DNA from: Geosiphon pyriformis uo1
Lineage: Eukaryota; Fungi; Glomeromycota
Direction of reading: 5' to 3'
DNA: 64,000 nucleotides
NCBI GenBank assembly: GCA_016748015.1
Contig: JAAOMT010000483.1
Location: forward strand, 186,001-250,000
Every line of letters starts with the position of its first letter. Position 1 is the first letter of the stretch. The translations under genes were made by a program, and so were the position numbers. The notes under the pieces were generated by a model that was not told where the DNA came from, did not search any database, and was given only the letters and a program-made list of their open reading frames with translations. Of this stretch, positions 35,426 through 48,614 are shown one piece after another.

Positions 35426-38318
35426 TGTTACAGGTGAATATTTGGGATCTTAAATTAAATAACAAATCTGTAACTTGGTGTTCTATTGGTATATTGGTGA
35501 TATCAGTGATCTAAAGGTTTTATCAATCTGAAGGTTTTGGGTGGAATTCTTTGTATAATGAACAGAGCTTTGATGATTGTTCTATCAGTAATCTCTTGGA
35601 ATCACAATTTCTTTAAATTTTTTTCTTAGCATGATAACTGGTAATCTGACAGAGATGCTCTTTTGGTAAGCTATCCTTAAATTTTTAAATTCTTAATCCT
35701 ATACCCTTCTTTTGGGGTCTTTTACCAGACTATCCTTGATGTTAATAATTCAATGCTTAATCCTTAATTAATTAGTATACAACAATAAAATCAAAGAAAT
35801 AAAAAAAATAAAAAAATAAAAAAATAAGCCAAGGCAATTTGCAAATTAGTATCCCATCAATAGTTGTGATTAAGAGCTATTGTTTTAGTGTTATTAAGTA
35901 TCAATTGCTATCAACATGAAATGTTGATAGTGGAAAATGAATTTGAGATAGTGAATAATTATTTTATTGATTTGGAAGGTTGCTTAGATTAAATCTAAAC
36001 TGAGAGGTCTAAACTAAAAGAAGGGTTTTTTTTTTGTATTTTTAATAATTATGATTTGTAAGTCTAATTGATTTTGTTAGTCTAATTGACTCTGTAAATC
36101 AATTAACTCGAAGTCTTCTTGACTAATTTTCTAACTTCTAATACTACTGCTATATATATATAATTGAGACTCCTCAATTTCTCAATTTTTTACACCAGAA
36201 ATTTTGGAATTTCTGGAATCCTGCAATTCCTTTGAAAAAAATCCTGGAATTCTGAAATCCTGTAATTCCTTATATGAGAATTCTGAAATTCCACATTTAT
36301 TACATCTACTTCTGATTGGCTAATTTTATATGCTAATATACTTTTTATATTTTATAAGTAACATTATTCCCTTCTTTAATATTGAGCTCCTGTAAAATCT
36401 TCTAAATTTCTCTTTTGTATCAATTTTGTTGCTGTAATTTCTATTGCTATTTTTTAAATCTAATTTTTATATGTGACTGGGTTTTTAACTATAGTGGTCT
36501 GTTCAGAATATCCAAGTTTAAACCTTGTATCTGTATTATATGTATGTTTAAACATAATGCCCTTATTATTATCACTAAATTGAATTAATTCCTGCTCTGT
36601 TGTAAGATCTAGAAGTATGATAGATTGTTTAGTGTTTGAAGTGGAGTTTGAATTGTTGTTGGTGAAGTTTGAATTGTCATTGTCATTAATGGAGTTTGAA
36701 TTGTTGTCATCATCAGCAAAGTTTGAATTGGAATTATGTTCTGATTCTGATTTCTATTTGTTCTCGCTAATTGGCTCTTCTTCAAATATATGACACATGG
36801 GAGTGAATTGTGACTACATTCCAATATTCTGACTCAGAACTGTCAGGTGAGTTTTGCTAATTTATTGGTACTATGAAAATTAGATTTTATTGGGCTATTG
36901 GAGATAAGTTTTCTTGTAAGATAGTGGTATTTGGAATTTATCAAACTTTGAATGTTTGGGTTTTTGAATAATTCCTGGAGTTTGAATTGCTAGAGATTTA
37001 ACAAGTTTTATTAATGGTAAGTTTCTTTATATGATAGCAGAGTTAGAATTATTGGGTTTCAAATGTTTGGGTTTTTTTAATGATTGGGTCTTGAATAATT
37101 GGAGTTTTAATGAGTTTATTAAAAGTAAGTTTCAAATGTTTGGGGTTTTAATAATCAGGTCTTAAATATTCGGAGTTTTAATTTAACAATTTTTATCAAA
37201 GGTAAGTTTCAAATATTTGGGGTTTTAACATTTATGTTTTGAATAATCAGAGTTTTAATTTAACAAGTTTTTCAAAGATAATGCTAAAATAAGAATTTTG
37301 CAAATTCTAAGTAATTTTTCCTTGTTTTCTCTTGGTCTGTTACTTTCCTGCATAGTTGTTGCTGGTGCTGATTTTCTGTTGGATTATACCTCACAGGGAG
37401 CACCAAATGTTACAGATGATTATTTGGGATCTCAAATCAAATAACAAACCTGTAACTTGGTGCTCTATTGGTATATTAGTGATATCAGTGATTTAAAGAT
37501 TTTATCAGTCTAAAGGTTTTGGGTGGAGTTCTTTGTATAATGGACAGAGCTTCAATAATTGTTCTATTAGTAGCCTCCTAGAATCACAATTCTGTTAAAT
37601 TTTTTTCTTAGCATGGTGGCTGGTAATCTGGCAAAGATGCCTTTCTGGTAAGCTATCTTTAAATTCTTAATCCTATACCCTTCCTTTAGGATCTTTTATC
37701 AGGCTATCCTCAATGTCAATAATTCAGCACTTAATTCTTAATTAATTAGTATACAACAATAAAATCAAAGAAATAAAAGAAATAAAAAAATAAAAAAATA
37801 AGCCAAGACAATTTGCAAGTTAGTATCCCATTAATAGTCATAATCAAGAGCTATTGTTCCAATATGGTTAAGTATCAATTGCTATCAACATGAAATGTTA
37901 ATAGTGGAAAGTGAATTTGAGATAGTAAATAATTATTTTATTGATTTGGAAAGTTGCTTAGATTAAATCTAAATTAAGAGGTCTAAACTAAAAGGGTTTT
38001 TTTTTTATATTTTTAATAATTATGATTTGTAAGTCTAATTGATTCTGTTAATCTAATTAACTCTGTAAATTAATTGACTCAGAGTCTCTTTGACTAATTT
38101 TCTAACTTCTGATACTATTGCTATATATATATAATTAAGATTCCTCAATTCCTCAATTCTTCACATTAGGAATTCTGAAATTTCTGGAATCCTGCAATTT
38201 CTTTGAGAGGAATCCTGTAATTCCTCATACAAGAATCTTGAAATTTCACATTTACTATGTCTACTTCTAATTGGTTAATTTTATATGCTAATATACTTCC
38301 TATATTCTATAAGTAACA
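35426..38318 (-). mobile_element. Non-autonomous A-family LTR element G (2893 bp)
   Basis: LTRs 35426-36363 and 37408-38318; PBS TGGTGCTCCCTGTGAGG; PPT AAAGAAGGGAATAA; TSD CTAT/CCAT. The 1044-bp internal region has no RT or IN. Confidence 0.92.
36940..37280. repeat. Degenerate tandem repeat of about 75 bp inside element G
   Basis: Recurrent gtttcaaatgtttggggtttt...ggagttttaat units at about 36946, 37055, 37128 and 37206. Confidence 0.75.
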
Positions 38319-39852
38319 CCATACAAAGTTTATTATAAGAAAGAATTTAAGAATGCCAATGCTAACAGCTTGTCGAAAATAACACAAATCTAGCCTCAAA
38401 CTTATGAATACAACTATTTATCAGCAATTACATTAGTACTTATTAACACTTCAGTTCAAGAAGATATTATCTTAACAAGAACAGAGTATTATATAAAAAC
38501 AAGCTCAAAAATACTTTATTTAAAATAATCAACTATATTATCAAGAATATTAAAACTGTACCACTTCACAACAGATTATAAAAAACAATGAAAAAGAAAC
38601 TATTTTACATAATATACATTTTGACCCAACTGCAAAACACTTCAACAAAAATGCTACTCTAAAAAAAATCATAAACTGATATTATTGGCCAATGATATAT
38701 AAAAATATTTTTGAATACATGCTTAATTGTGATTTCTGCCAAAGAAGAGAAGGAACAAAATTAATAGAACCACTTCAACCCATTTCAGTTGAAAACTCAT
38801 TTGATAGAATCAGAATCAATTTGATCAGTTCTTTTTTAATTACATCCAAAAAAAATTGTTACATAGCTGTAGCAATAGATTATTTTATCAAGTGATTAGA
38901 AGCCAAAACAATTCAAGTGGCTAATGCTAAAACAGCAGCCAAGTTTGTATATCAAGATCTAATCTGCTGTTATAGATACTTAAAAGAATTGTTATCTAAC
39001 TAAAAAACACATTTTGTTAATAATATGCTAATTAAACTAAGTCAACAGTTTGAAATAAAATAACCCTTATTACTACTCTATTACTCACAAACAAATAGAC
39101 TAGTAGAACAATTTAATCAAACACTGTGTAAAGCATTAGCAAAAATAAGTTACAAAAATGCACAAGAATAGGACTTATTTATACCTTCTGTATTATTTGC
39201 ATACCAAATATTAAAACAAAATACTACCCAGTTTACATCATTTAAATTAGTCTACAAAAGGAAAGCTATTTTACTTATTAAACAAAAAATATCTTCTTTT
39301 CCAACAGAAACAATTACTAAAGAAAATTTTGAAACTATCATATGCCAAAAAACATAATAGCTTATGGAAATATTAAAAAATAATTATAGAATAGCAGCTA
39401 ACAATATTAATAAAGCTCAAAAATAACAGAAAGAAAGATATAATAATCGCCTATCTAACCAATCAATTGAATTCAAAATTGAAAACCAAATACTGTTATG
39501 TTGTATAAAGACTAAAAAACAGTAGAGTGGAAAGTTTAATCCAAAGTAAGATGGTTTATTTCACATACATGAAGTTTTAGACAATAAAACTTACAAATTA
39601 AAATTGGAAGACAGAATTTTAAAGAAAGTAGTACATGGAAATCAGTTGAAAATTTATTATACAAACCAAAAAACATTGTTATTTATATCACAACTAAGAA
39701 CACAGATTCTATTAATTAAACCAGAAAATATACTACAAGATTTGAAACCAATCATCATCATCAAAATATAATCAACATATGACTATTTAATTGGAAAATT
39801 TAAGTATATATAACAGCCAAAACAGTAAAAATAAATCAATAAAACTTGCAAT

Positions 39853-40624
39853 ATAAATCTTTTAAATCAAATTTTACAACTTTCAAAACAACTATTTAAC
39901 ACAATTTAACAATCTACCACTCAAATAAAAATCACAATTGATAAAAAAGAGATACAATACAAAAACAGGAGCAGAAAAGGGGTGAACAAAAGTTCAATTA
40001 GAACTGAATAATCTCATTTCTATAAACAATCTCTTATTCTAGTAATTAGTGCTTTACACAAAAATCAAGGAAAAAAAAAAGAAAAAAAGAAAAAAAAAGA
40101 TATGTTATAAAAAACACTTGACACAAATAAGAAGAAGAAGAAGGTAACAGAAATAGATATGTGTTGAATGAAACTCAAAAAATTAAAAAAGTTTTTAGCA
40201 GACTAATATTAGAACCAGTAATAAGAAAATGAACACCAGAAAACTCCAGAATGTGGAAAGAAAAATTTTTACTAGTATATTGGTTCTATAAGATTAGTGA
40301 ACAACTAAAATTGAGTACACTATACAAAAACCACAACTGTCAAACATTCAACAAAGTGGCTCTTAAACAAATAAAAAAATTTATAGGAAAAAGCAACCTA
40401 ACACTAAATTACAAAGCAGCATATCACTTATACTTAGCATTTAAATATTGTTTAGCCATATTACTAAACAGCTTATTAACAACCATTACAGTCAAAAATG
40501 TAAAATGAATGATGAATAATCAATTTAAAGATTTACAAAAAGCAATACTCAATGCTATAATCGAATACTATACAAAGAACACAGATTTTACAGATGCATA
40601 TGATTTCACAAAAGCTCAATTCTA
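39853..40624 (+). pseudogene. ORF3 of element C
   Basis: Begins INLLNQILQLSKQLF..IKITIDKKEIQY. ORF 40251-40508 reads YWFYKI...AAYHLYLAF..AILLN. Homologous to ORF3 of elements A and B. Confidence 0.72.
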
Positions 40625-40638
40625 AAAGAGAGAGATAA

Positions 40639-41660
40639 TATTACCCAAATAGAAAAACCAATCCAAAGTTATAGAGAAAATGTGACCAAAAATGTGACAA
40701 CATAAAATAACACAGAATAATATGAAAGAACACAAAATAATGTGTAATAACTTAGAAAAACATAATACAAAACTCGATAATATATTATAGCATAAAATAA
40801 CTAGTTAAAACATAGAATAACTAGTAATAATATAGAAGAACAAAGTGATAACAAAAATAGTAAAGCAATAGCTAGCAAAAATAAAACAATTAAAAAACAA
40901 TTCTGTAGAACCAAAAAAATATATATAAAAATAAGTAGTTATAAAAGTTAGAAAAGCATTCAGACAAGAATCAATTTTTTTCTTTTTTATAATTATTACA
41001 TCTTATAAAAATAAAGGACTTATTTAAAAAACCACAAAATTATTAATACATAATTATTAATCATTTTGTGTTTAAATTGAACTAATCTTTGTTTTATACT
41101 TTTATTCTAGGACAAATACTCTTAGCATAAATGCCTTAAATCCTTAATGACTGGACCAATCATGCTTGATTATGGCAATTGATGATATTAATTTATTTAT
41201 TTTTATTTTATTTTTTTTTACTTTTATTTTTTTTTATTTTTTATTTTTTATTTTTTTTTTCTTGTAAAGTGGCAACATAGAAAAATTAACTGTCTGGAAA
41301 TAAACTTCATAATAGCTTGGTAAAAAAAAGAGGCTTCTCTTAAGTTTAAATATTAACATTATCTTGGTAGCTTACCAGAAAGACAAAAAGATATTGCCAG
41401 ACTCTAATAACTATACTTATTAGCTTGGAAAAGATAGCTCATATTACATACAAAAAGTTGCAATACTACAAAACATATTTCTGTGCTTTATAACCAAAAA
41501 ACTTTATGGGTAAATTTATAACAATTTAACAAATCTTCTGAGACTGATAATACTGACACAACAAATAAAACTACTGAAAAAAAATCATCAAAAGCTCTCT
41601 AGAAACCAAATTTTAAGCACCAAATGTTACTATCATATCTCATTAAGTTTATTTATAACA
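40639..41660 (+). repeat. 3' LTR of element C
   Basis: Preceded by the PPT; ends in ATAACA. Confidence 0.92.
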
Positions 41661-41678
41661 TTATTATTGTTTTTGCTA

Positions 41679-43404
41679 TAATACAAATTATTTATAATCA
41701 TCAAAAATATAAATTAGTCTGAAATTTTAAATGATAATTTTTACATGTTTTTATTTATATAATTAAATTTTATTGGTTAATATATATGTGTTTTTAATAT
41801 ATTATTTATAATAAAAAATAAGATTTTATATAATATAAAACCAAATACAGTATTATAAAGTTTAAATATTATTTAATTTTTCTAATTTTTTAAGAATATT
41901 ATCTGGAATTCTTCTATACAATTTATACTTTTTTATAGCATATTTTATTAATTTTTCACTAAGATCTTTTTTATAAAGATTTATATAACACCAATATTTT
42001 CTTGAAAATTGTTTAATAGTTATTAAAGATACTGATTTAAGACTTTTAAGTACTGTTTTTTGTAATCTTTTCCATAAATAATCGTATTTGTTATATGCAT
42101 ATCTTTTAGCAACTTCTTAATATCTTTTAATAAAATTTAATTTGCAATGAAATTTTGGAAAAAAATATACTTATGTCTCATACTTTTGATTAATTCTTTA
42201 ATTGTATTTTTTTAAGTAAGAAAATCAAATTTTAAAGATATTACTTAACATACACAACAAAAAACTCTTGAAGAATCTTTGATTTTTTCTTTGCATTTTT
42301 GACATTCTAATACTAATTCTTTTGATAGCCATTTTTCTCATTCTATTAATATTTGTTTAATTTCTTTAAACAATTTTTAAAGTTTTTTATCTGAATATAT
42401 TTCTAGAAAAATCATCAATTATAATTGATTATCTAATCCAAAAGAAGTATCTCACATTAATGATTGCTTTCTATTTGGATTTAAATTTATTCTGTTTACA
42501 ATTAAAGCATCTTTATTAAATACTACATAATTAAAGCTATTATTAAAAGCAAATATGATTGTACAATTTGAATATAATTTCTTAAAAATTGGAATTGTTT
42601 TATATTTAATTTGTTTAAGAAGATAGTCTGCTGTCTAATAACCATCTTGATTTATACCAGGTTGCAAATAACATTGTGTCTTTTCCAGTATATTAGAATA
42701 GTTTTCTATATTATTTTGTTATAAACATAAATATCTATCAATTTAATTAGAAATTCATTGATCATAATTGATCTTCTATTTTCTTTTTTTCTTAGTGACA
42801 AATTTCTATGCTTAGCTCATATGTTATGCTTGCTATTATTTAAATAAAAAATGCATTCATTATGGATTACAAGAATTTTTTTTTTCTATTAAGTAAGTTA
42901 GAATATATTTGATCTATAAATTTATCTTTATACTTTGATATATACTTTTCATGCTCATATATTTTTTTTATTTCTATCATAATATAAGTCTTGATAATGT
43001 TGTTGGAATAAATAACCAAGAATTTTGAGCTATCTTACTGTAGTTATAAGACTAATAGGTTTTTTTTATTATTCTAATATTAAAAAACAATTTATGTTCA
43101 ATAAATTTTTTAAATATAGCTGAAGTTTTAGTTTTTAATCCAAATATAACATTTTTCTGCAATGTTTTCATCCTCAATTATTCTAATTACTTTTTAGTGT
43201 TTTCATGTTTTGATATTAGAAACTTATTATTAAGCAACTAATACTTTGCAAGATATCAAATTCTTTATGTTTTCTATATACTACTATTAATAAAAACTTT
43301 TTAGACAATTTCCAAACTGACATTAATTTTTCAATGTTTATTATTATCATTTAACAAGGTAAAATATTCAAAAATAGCTTTTTTTTGTTTATATTCAAAG
43401 ACAG
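41679..43404 (-). mobile_element. Decayed IS630/Tc1/mariner-type DNA transposon (transposase pseudogene), cut by element E
   Basis: Minus-strand remnants in order: VIHNECIFY (HDE, about 42860), RSIMINEF, QDGY*TAD, FAFNNSFNY (FDNSSNH, about 42545), DALIVNRINLNP, FCC, FPKFHCKLNFIK (PKFHCELNxIE, about 42140). Confidence 0.75.
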
Positions 43405-44817
43405 TATTACTTATAGAATATAAAAATTATATATTAATACACAAATTAGCTAATTAGAATAAGATACAGTAAAAATAGAATTCCAGGATTTTTTTCAGAG
43501 GAATTGCAGAATTGCAGAATTACAGAATTTCAGTATAAAAAATTCAAGGAATCTTGTATAACAAAATTTATGTATATATAGTAATGATATTAAAAGCAGA
43601 AAGAACAGAATTTTTTAGCTAAAATTCTTAATTTAGAACCACCAAGTTTCAATATCTTATATCAATAAAAATATTTATTTTAATCATAATCTATTACCTA
43701 CTATTAACACTTCATGTTAATAGTAATTAATACTTAAATACACTAGACCAATAGCTTTTGATCATGGCTATTGATGGGATACTAACTCTTTCTTGTCTTG
43801 GCTTATTTTTTTTCTTTTGTTTTGTTATTATTTATTAATTAATTAAAAATTAAACACATAGAGTTATTGATGTCAAAGTAACTGATAAAAGACTTAAAAA
43901 TAAGAGTAGAATACTCAAGGATTAAAGATAGCTTACCAGGAGAATTACTGGCTATTATGCTGAGAAAAAAATTTAATGGAATTGCAATTCTGAGAAGTAA
44001 TGAATAAAACAATACTTAAATCTTTGTTCATTATACAAAGAACTCAACTAAAACTTTCAGATCACAAAATCTTCAGATAATATCAATTATATCAGCTATT
44101 AAGCATCAAGTTATGAATTTGTTATTTGATTTGAGACCCCAAATAATCACCTGTAACATTTGGTGCTTTTTGTGAGGTATAATCCTACAGAAAACTAGCA
44201 CCAGTAGCAACCATTTAAAAGTGGCAGAATCAAAAATAATAGGAACAAACTATTTAAGATTTGTCAAATCTTTATTCCAATATTACTGTTAATGCTTGAG
44301 ATTAACCAGCAATTACTTATTAACAGAATTAGCCTTTAATTTTTACATCAATGAAAGAATTTTATTGTATCTAGAAAAATCAGTAAATACTGAATTCACA
44401 AAAGAAAATTTCTATAACAAATTAATTCAAAACACCAGTTTACTAATAATTTATAATTTTGCATTAATCATTATGGAAATCAATAAAAAAATCAAAAATT
44501 ACACCCAACAAAAATATTCAATCATCTATACAAATAAGAGTAAAAGAAAACTACAAACTCCAACAGTAATTTTTCAAAGAATACAACCACTTATTTGGAA
44601 AAAACCAAGAGTCAAATCACCAATTTATTTATCATACCACTATATACTTGGAAGTATCATCAATATTTCATCAGTAGGTGCATTTATATCAAACATAAAA
44701 ACACCAGTAGCTCGAATCTCATTCCCAAATAAACAATCAAAAGCTGACCTATTAGGAACATACAGTAAGTATTTTGAAGAATTTAAATCATAATTACCTA
44801 TGCCATCAGAATTTCGA
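43405..44817 (+). mobile_element. A-family LTR element E, 5' LTR (43405-44158), PBS and start of gag; cut by element F
   Basis: LTR ends CTGTAACA, followed by TTTGGTGCTTTTTGTGAGG. ORF 44296-44793 is homologous to the element A gag N-terminus. Confidence 0.88.
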
Positions 44818-45819
44818 TGTTACACTTAGAAAAAAAAAATAAGACATAATAAAAAAAAAGAAAATACATGATTATAAATTAGCTAATTAGAATAGAAAGA
44901 GAGAAAAAAAGATTTTTTAGGAAATCTTGAATGTTTTAAAAAATCCAGGATTATTTAAGAAATCCAAGATATTTCAGAAAAGTTGAGAATATTTCAGGAA
45001 ATCTTGGATGTTTTAGGAAATCAAAGATTTTACAGAAAAATCTAGCAAAAAAAAAATTTCTTGTGTAAAAAGAATTATGTATATATAGCAATAGTATTAA
45101 AAGCAGAAAAAAGACAGATTTCACTCAGAATAGAAATTTTTATCCCTATCTCTACTTTATTACTTTAAGAATAATTACTATTAACCAAAGTAAAAAACAC
45201 CAAATATTAAATAAAACTATACTTGTTATTACATCATATATGTTACTATTACTTGATTGAAAATCTGATTCAACTCTCTATTATCAACATAAAATGTTGA
45301 TAATATCCAATACTTAATTACATTGGAACAATAGCTTTTGATTATGGCTATTGACGAGATACTAATTGTTTTTGCCTTGACTTAATTTCTTTATTTTTTT
45401 TATTTTATTTCTTTTGTTGTTTCCATGTTGTTTACTAATTGATTAAGAATTAAGTACTAAGTTACAAACATCATAAAAACTGGTAAAAGACTCATGAAAC
45501 AAGGGTAAAACACTCATAGAATTAAGAATAGCTTACCAGAAAGATTACCAGTTACCATGCTAAGAAAAAAATTTGATGAAATTGCAATTCTAGAAGGCTA
45601 CTAAAAACAACCAGAGAATCTCTGTCTATTATACAAAGAACTCAACCAAAACCTTCAGATCATCAAAACCTTTAGATATTACCATCATAACAGCTATTGA
45701 GCACTAAGTTACAGGTTTGTTATTTGATTCAAAATTCCACATAATTATCTGTAATATTTGGTGCTTTTTGTAAAATATAATCTTACAGAAAACCAGCATT
45801 AACAACAACTATCTAAAAG

Positions 45820-48610
45820 TGGCAGAACCAGAAAGGATAGAAACAAACTATTTAGGATTCACCAAATCCTTATTTCAGTATTATTGTTAACACTTAAGAT
45901 TAACCAACAATCATCTATCAGCAGAATCTGTCTTCAACTTCTATGTTAACAAAAGAATCTCATATTTGCTAGGAATACCAGTAGAAACTGACTCAGCAAG
46001 AGAAAATTTTTACAATGAACTAATTCAAAACACCAGTCTACTAACAAATCATAATTTTACAGCAATCTTTACTGAAATCAATAGAAAAATTAAACATTAC
46101 ACTCAACAAGAATATCCTATTACATATACAACCAAAGATAAAAAAAAACTACAGACATTAGCAGTAACATTCCAAAAAATACAACCACCTAGATAAAAAC
46201 AAGAGTCGAATTACCAACTCATTTATTATACCACTACACACCTGGAAGCACTATTAACATTTCATTAGTAGGTGCATTTATATTAAACATGAAAACACTA
46301 TTAGCATGGATACTATTTCAAAGTAAACAATCAAAAGCCAACCTATTAAGAATCTACAGCAAATATTTTAAAAAATTTAAATTGTGATTACCAATGCCAT
46401 CAGAATTTCAATTACTGCCATTTCAACCAGATTTCGGAACCACAAGTTCTTGGGAGATAATGGAATTGGAAAAAGAGAAAGACAACAATCAGAAATTTAA
46501 TTATCAAAATTCAATTGTAGAAAACCCAAAAATTGAAACTCCAAATATTCAAACTCAGCAAAATCAGAACAATCCCAATTCTAATACTATTAATCAACAC
46601 TTATCTCCAGTAATTGTGATTAATCAACCACCTATTGAACTAATTGCTAAACCACTACAGCAGCCAATATTATTTCAGCAATAACCACAACAATTACTTC
46701 AACAATTACCACAATAACAGCAACAAATTGTAGTACTAATAACATATACATTAATTGCAAAATTAAAAAACTTTACTGGTAAAAAAAATGATGCCCAAGC
46801 ATAAATAAATAACATCACCAAAGCAATTACAGCTAATAATTGGAATGATGCTAAAGTCTTTCAAGTGATCCTCTACTTTTTTTAAGATACTGCCAATTTA
46901 TGATATTAGAGTTTAACCACTAAACCACAAACTTTCCAGGAATTCAAACTTGAATTCTTGAGATATTTTAGCAACAATAATAGTATTAATTGCCTAGCTA
47001 ATATCTTTACCACTATTAAGCAAGAAGAAACTAAAGCAGTCACTACTTACCTAAGATGCTTTTACAAAAATCTGCACCAAATTCAAGTCATCAACATTGA
47101 CTATTTTATCATAGTTCAAATCTTGAATTAATTAATCTGTGGATTATGCAGCAGCATCTTACAATATATATGTCTATTACATCCAACTACTCTTTAAGCC
47201 ACAGTCATCTAGACCAAAAATTTTAAATTTGCTAAATTCAAAGCTAACCATGCCCAAACTATTAATCTAATAATGAACAGATCATCTAACTTGAACTTAA
47301 AATTGAAGCAATTCAGTAAGTCAATTAATCAAAAATTGGAAGAATATTTAGCTGATAATTGAGCAATTTATTAACTCTTACAGTGATGCAATAATTAAGA
47401 AAATACAAATTGTTTCTAAAATCAGTTGCATCTATTATTATTGACCAATCAATAGTGGCAGCAAAAAATGTATGTTTGTTACTATTGTGATAAACAAAGA
47501 TATTTAAGAATCGACTGCCAATTAAAGATAGATAACCAATAATCAGAAAATCAAAATCAAAACTCCAATCATAGATTTCAAACCCTGAACTATGCTAACA
47601 ATCTATTAACTGAACCATATCAATATTAGTTTTATTACTCACAAATTATGCAGCCAATTTATCAACCACCCATTTATTAATCAGCAACATTCATAATTTA
47701 TCAAACCTTACCACCACAAATAATTTATCGAATCTTATTAATTCAAATATCATCATTAAATTCAGCTTACCTAACATTTAGAAATCAAAGACTGAGAGTT
47801 ATCCATATTCAACAAAACTGGAGATCAGCAATTGTTATACATCAACCAATCCCCAGTTCATTAATTCTATAATCAGAATCATAACAGTGGAGTTTGAGAA
47901 CCAGATATATTCAAAACTAGAATTTTCAGAACTATTTAAATCTTCTGATTACCCCAAAAGACACCATATCCAACAACCTAGAAGCCAACCAAAAACCATT
48001 TACCAGTAATATACCTCCAGCAATCATTACTGAAGATGAATTACTTGCAGCCATCTTTCTCTTTGAACTTAAGAAATTAACAACACCTCTTTTTAGTGAA
48101 GCTGTTCTCAATACCAAACCCATTACTGCAATATACACTGATACCAACATCAATAGTTAGTCCATCAAACTGATTTTTGACAGCAGATCAGCAGGCAGTA
48201 TCATTACATAACAACTCATAAACCAATTAAATCACCAAGTTAATTAAGCTGACAGTACCAAAATTATTACTGCTGATAGAGCTACCAAAACTTCAATCAG
48301 TAAAATTGATGACTTCTCTTTTGAAATCAATGGCATCACCATATCCATTAAAGTTCTAATCATAGAAGCCACCCAATACCAAGCTCTTATTGGTAACAAT
48401 TGGCTGGCTAAAGCTAATATTGTATTCAATTGAACCATCCAAGAATTGCAGTTTAGTCAGAACAGCCAGTATACACAAGTACCAGCAATGTGTAATTACT
48501 TCAAGACTACTGACATGTCAGCACCACTCATTAAATTTAACAAAGAAGAAAAAAAACTGACCTGAAAAGCCTATTAAATTTTATGGGCTGATGAAAATTA
48601 CAACAAATTG
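45820..48610 (+). pseudogene. gag: gag and protease of element F
   Basis: Collinear with the element A gag; knuckle CYYCDKQ..; PR LIFDSRSAGSII at about 48170. Confidence 0.87.
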
Positions 48611-48614
48611 CTGC

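Larger units (their letters stand above)
31800..39770 (+). pseudogene. pol: pol of element C (PR about 31930, Cys-rich domain, dUTPase about 33300-33675, RT, RH, IN), split by element G
   Basis: Degenerate PR LIFNSKSTDSII; dUTPase ASFDLKY and RINGFRSSR; RT IYLDNTN; RH IATDV; IN CDFCQRR and YIAVAIDY. Confidence 0.9.
27640..41660 (+). mobile_element. Ty3/Gypsy-type LTR element C, full length, decayed
   Basis: LTRs 27640-28630 and 40639-41660; PBS TGGTGTTCTCTGTGAG; PPT AAAAGAGAGAGATAA; imperfect TSD TAAT/TTAT. Hosts a solo C LTR and element G. Confidence 0.92.
21406..41678 (-). mobile_element. Old A-family LTR element D, 3' part only (own sequence 21406-24593, 25607-27639 and about 41661-41678)
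   Basis: 3' LTR 21406-22177, degenerate PPT, then ORF3, IN, RH, RT and dUTPase collinear with element A. Hosts a solo LTR and element C. Confidence 0.85.
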
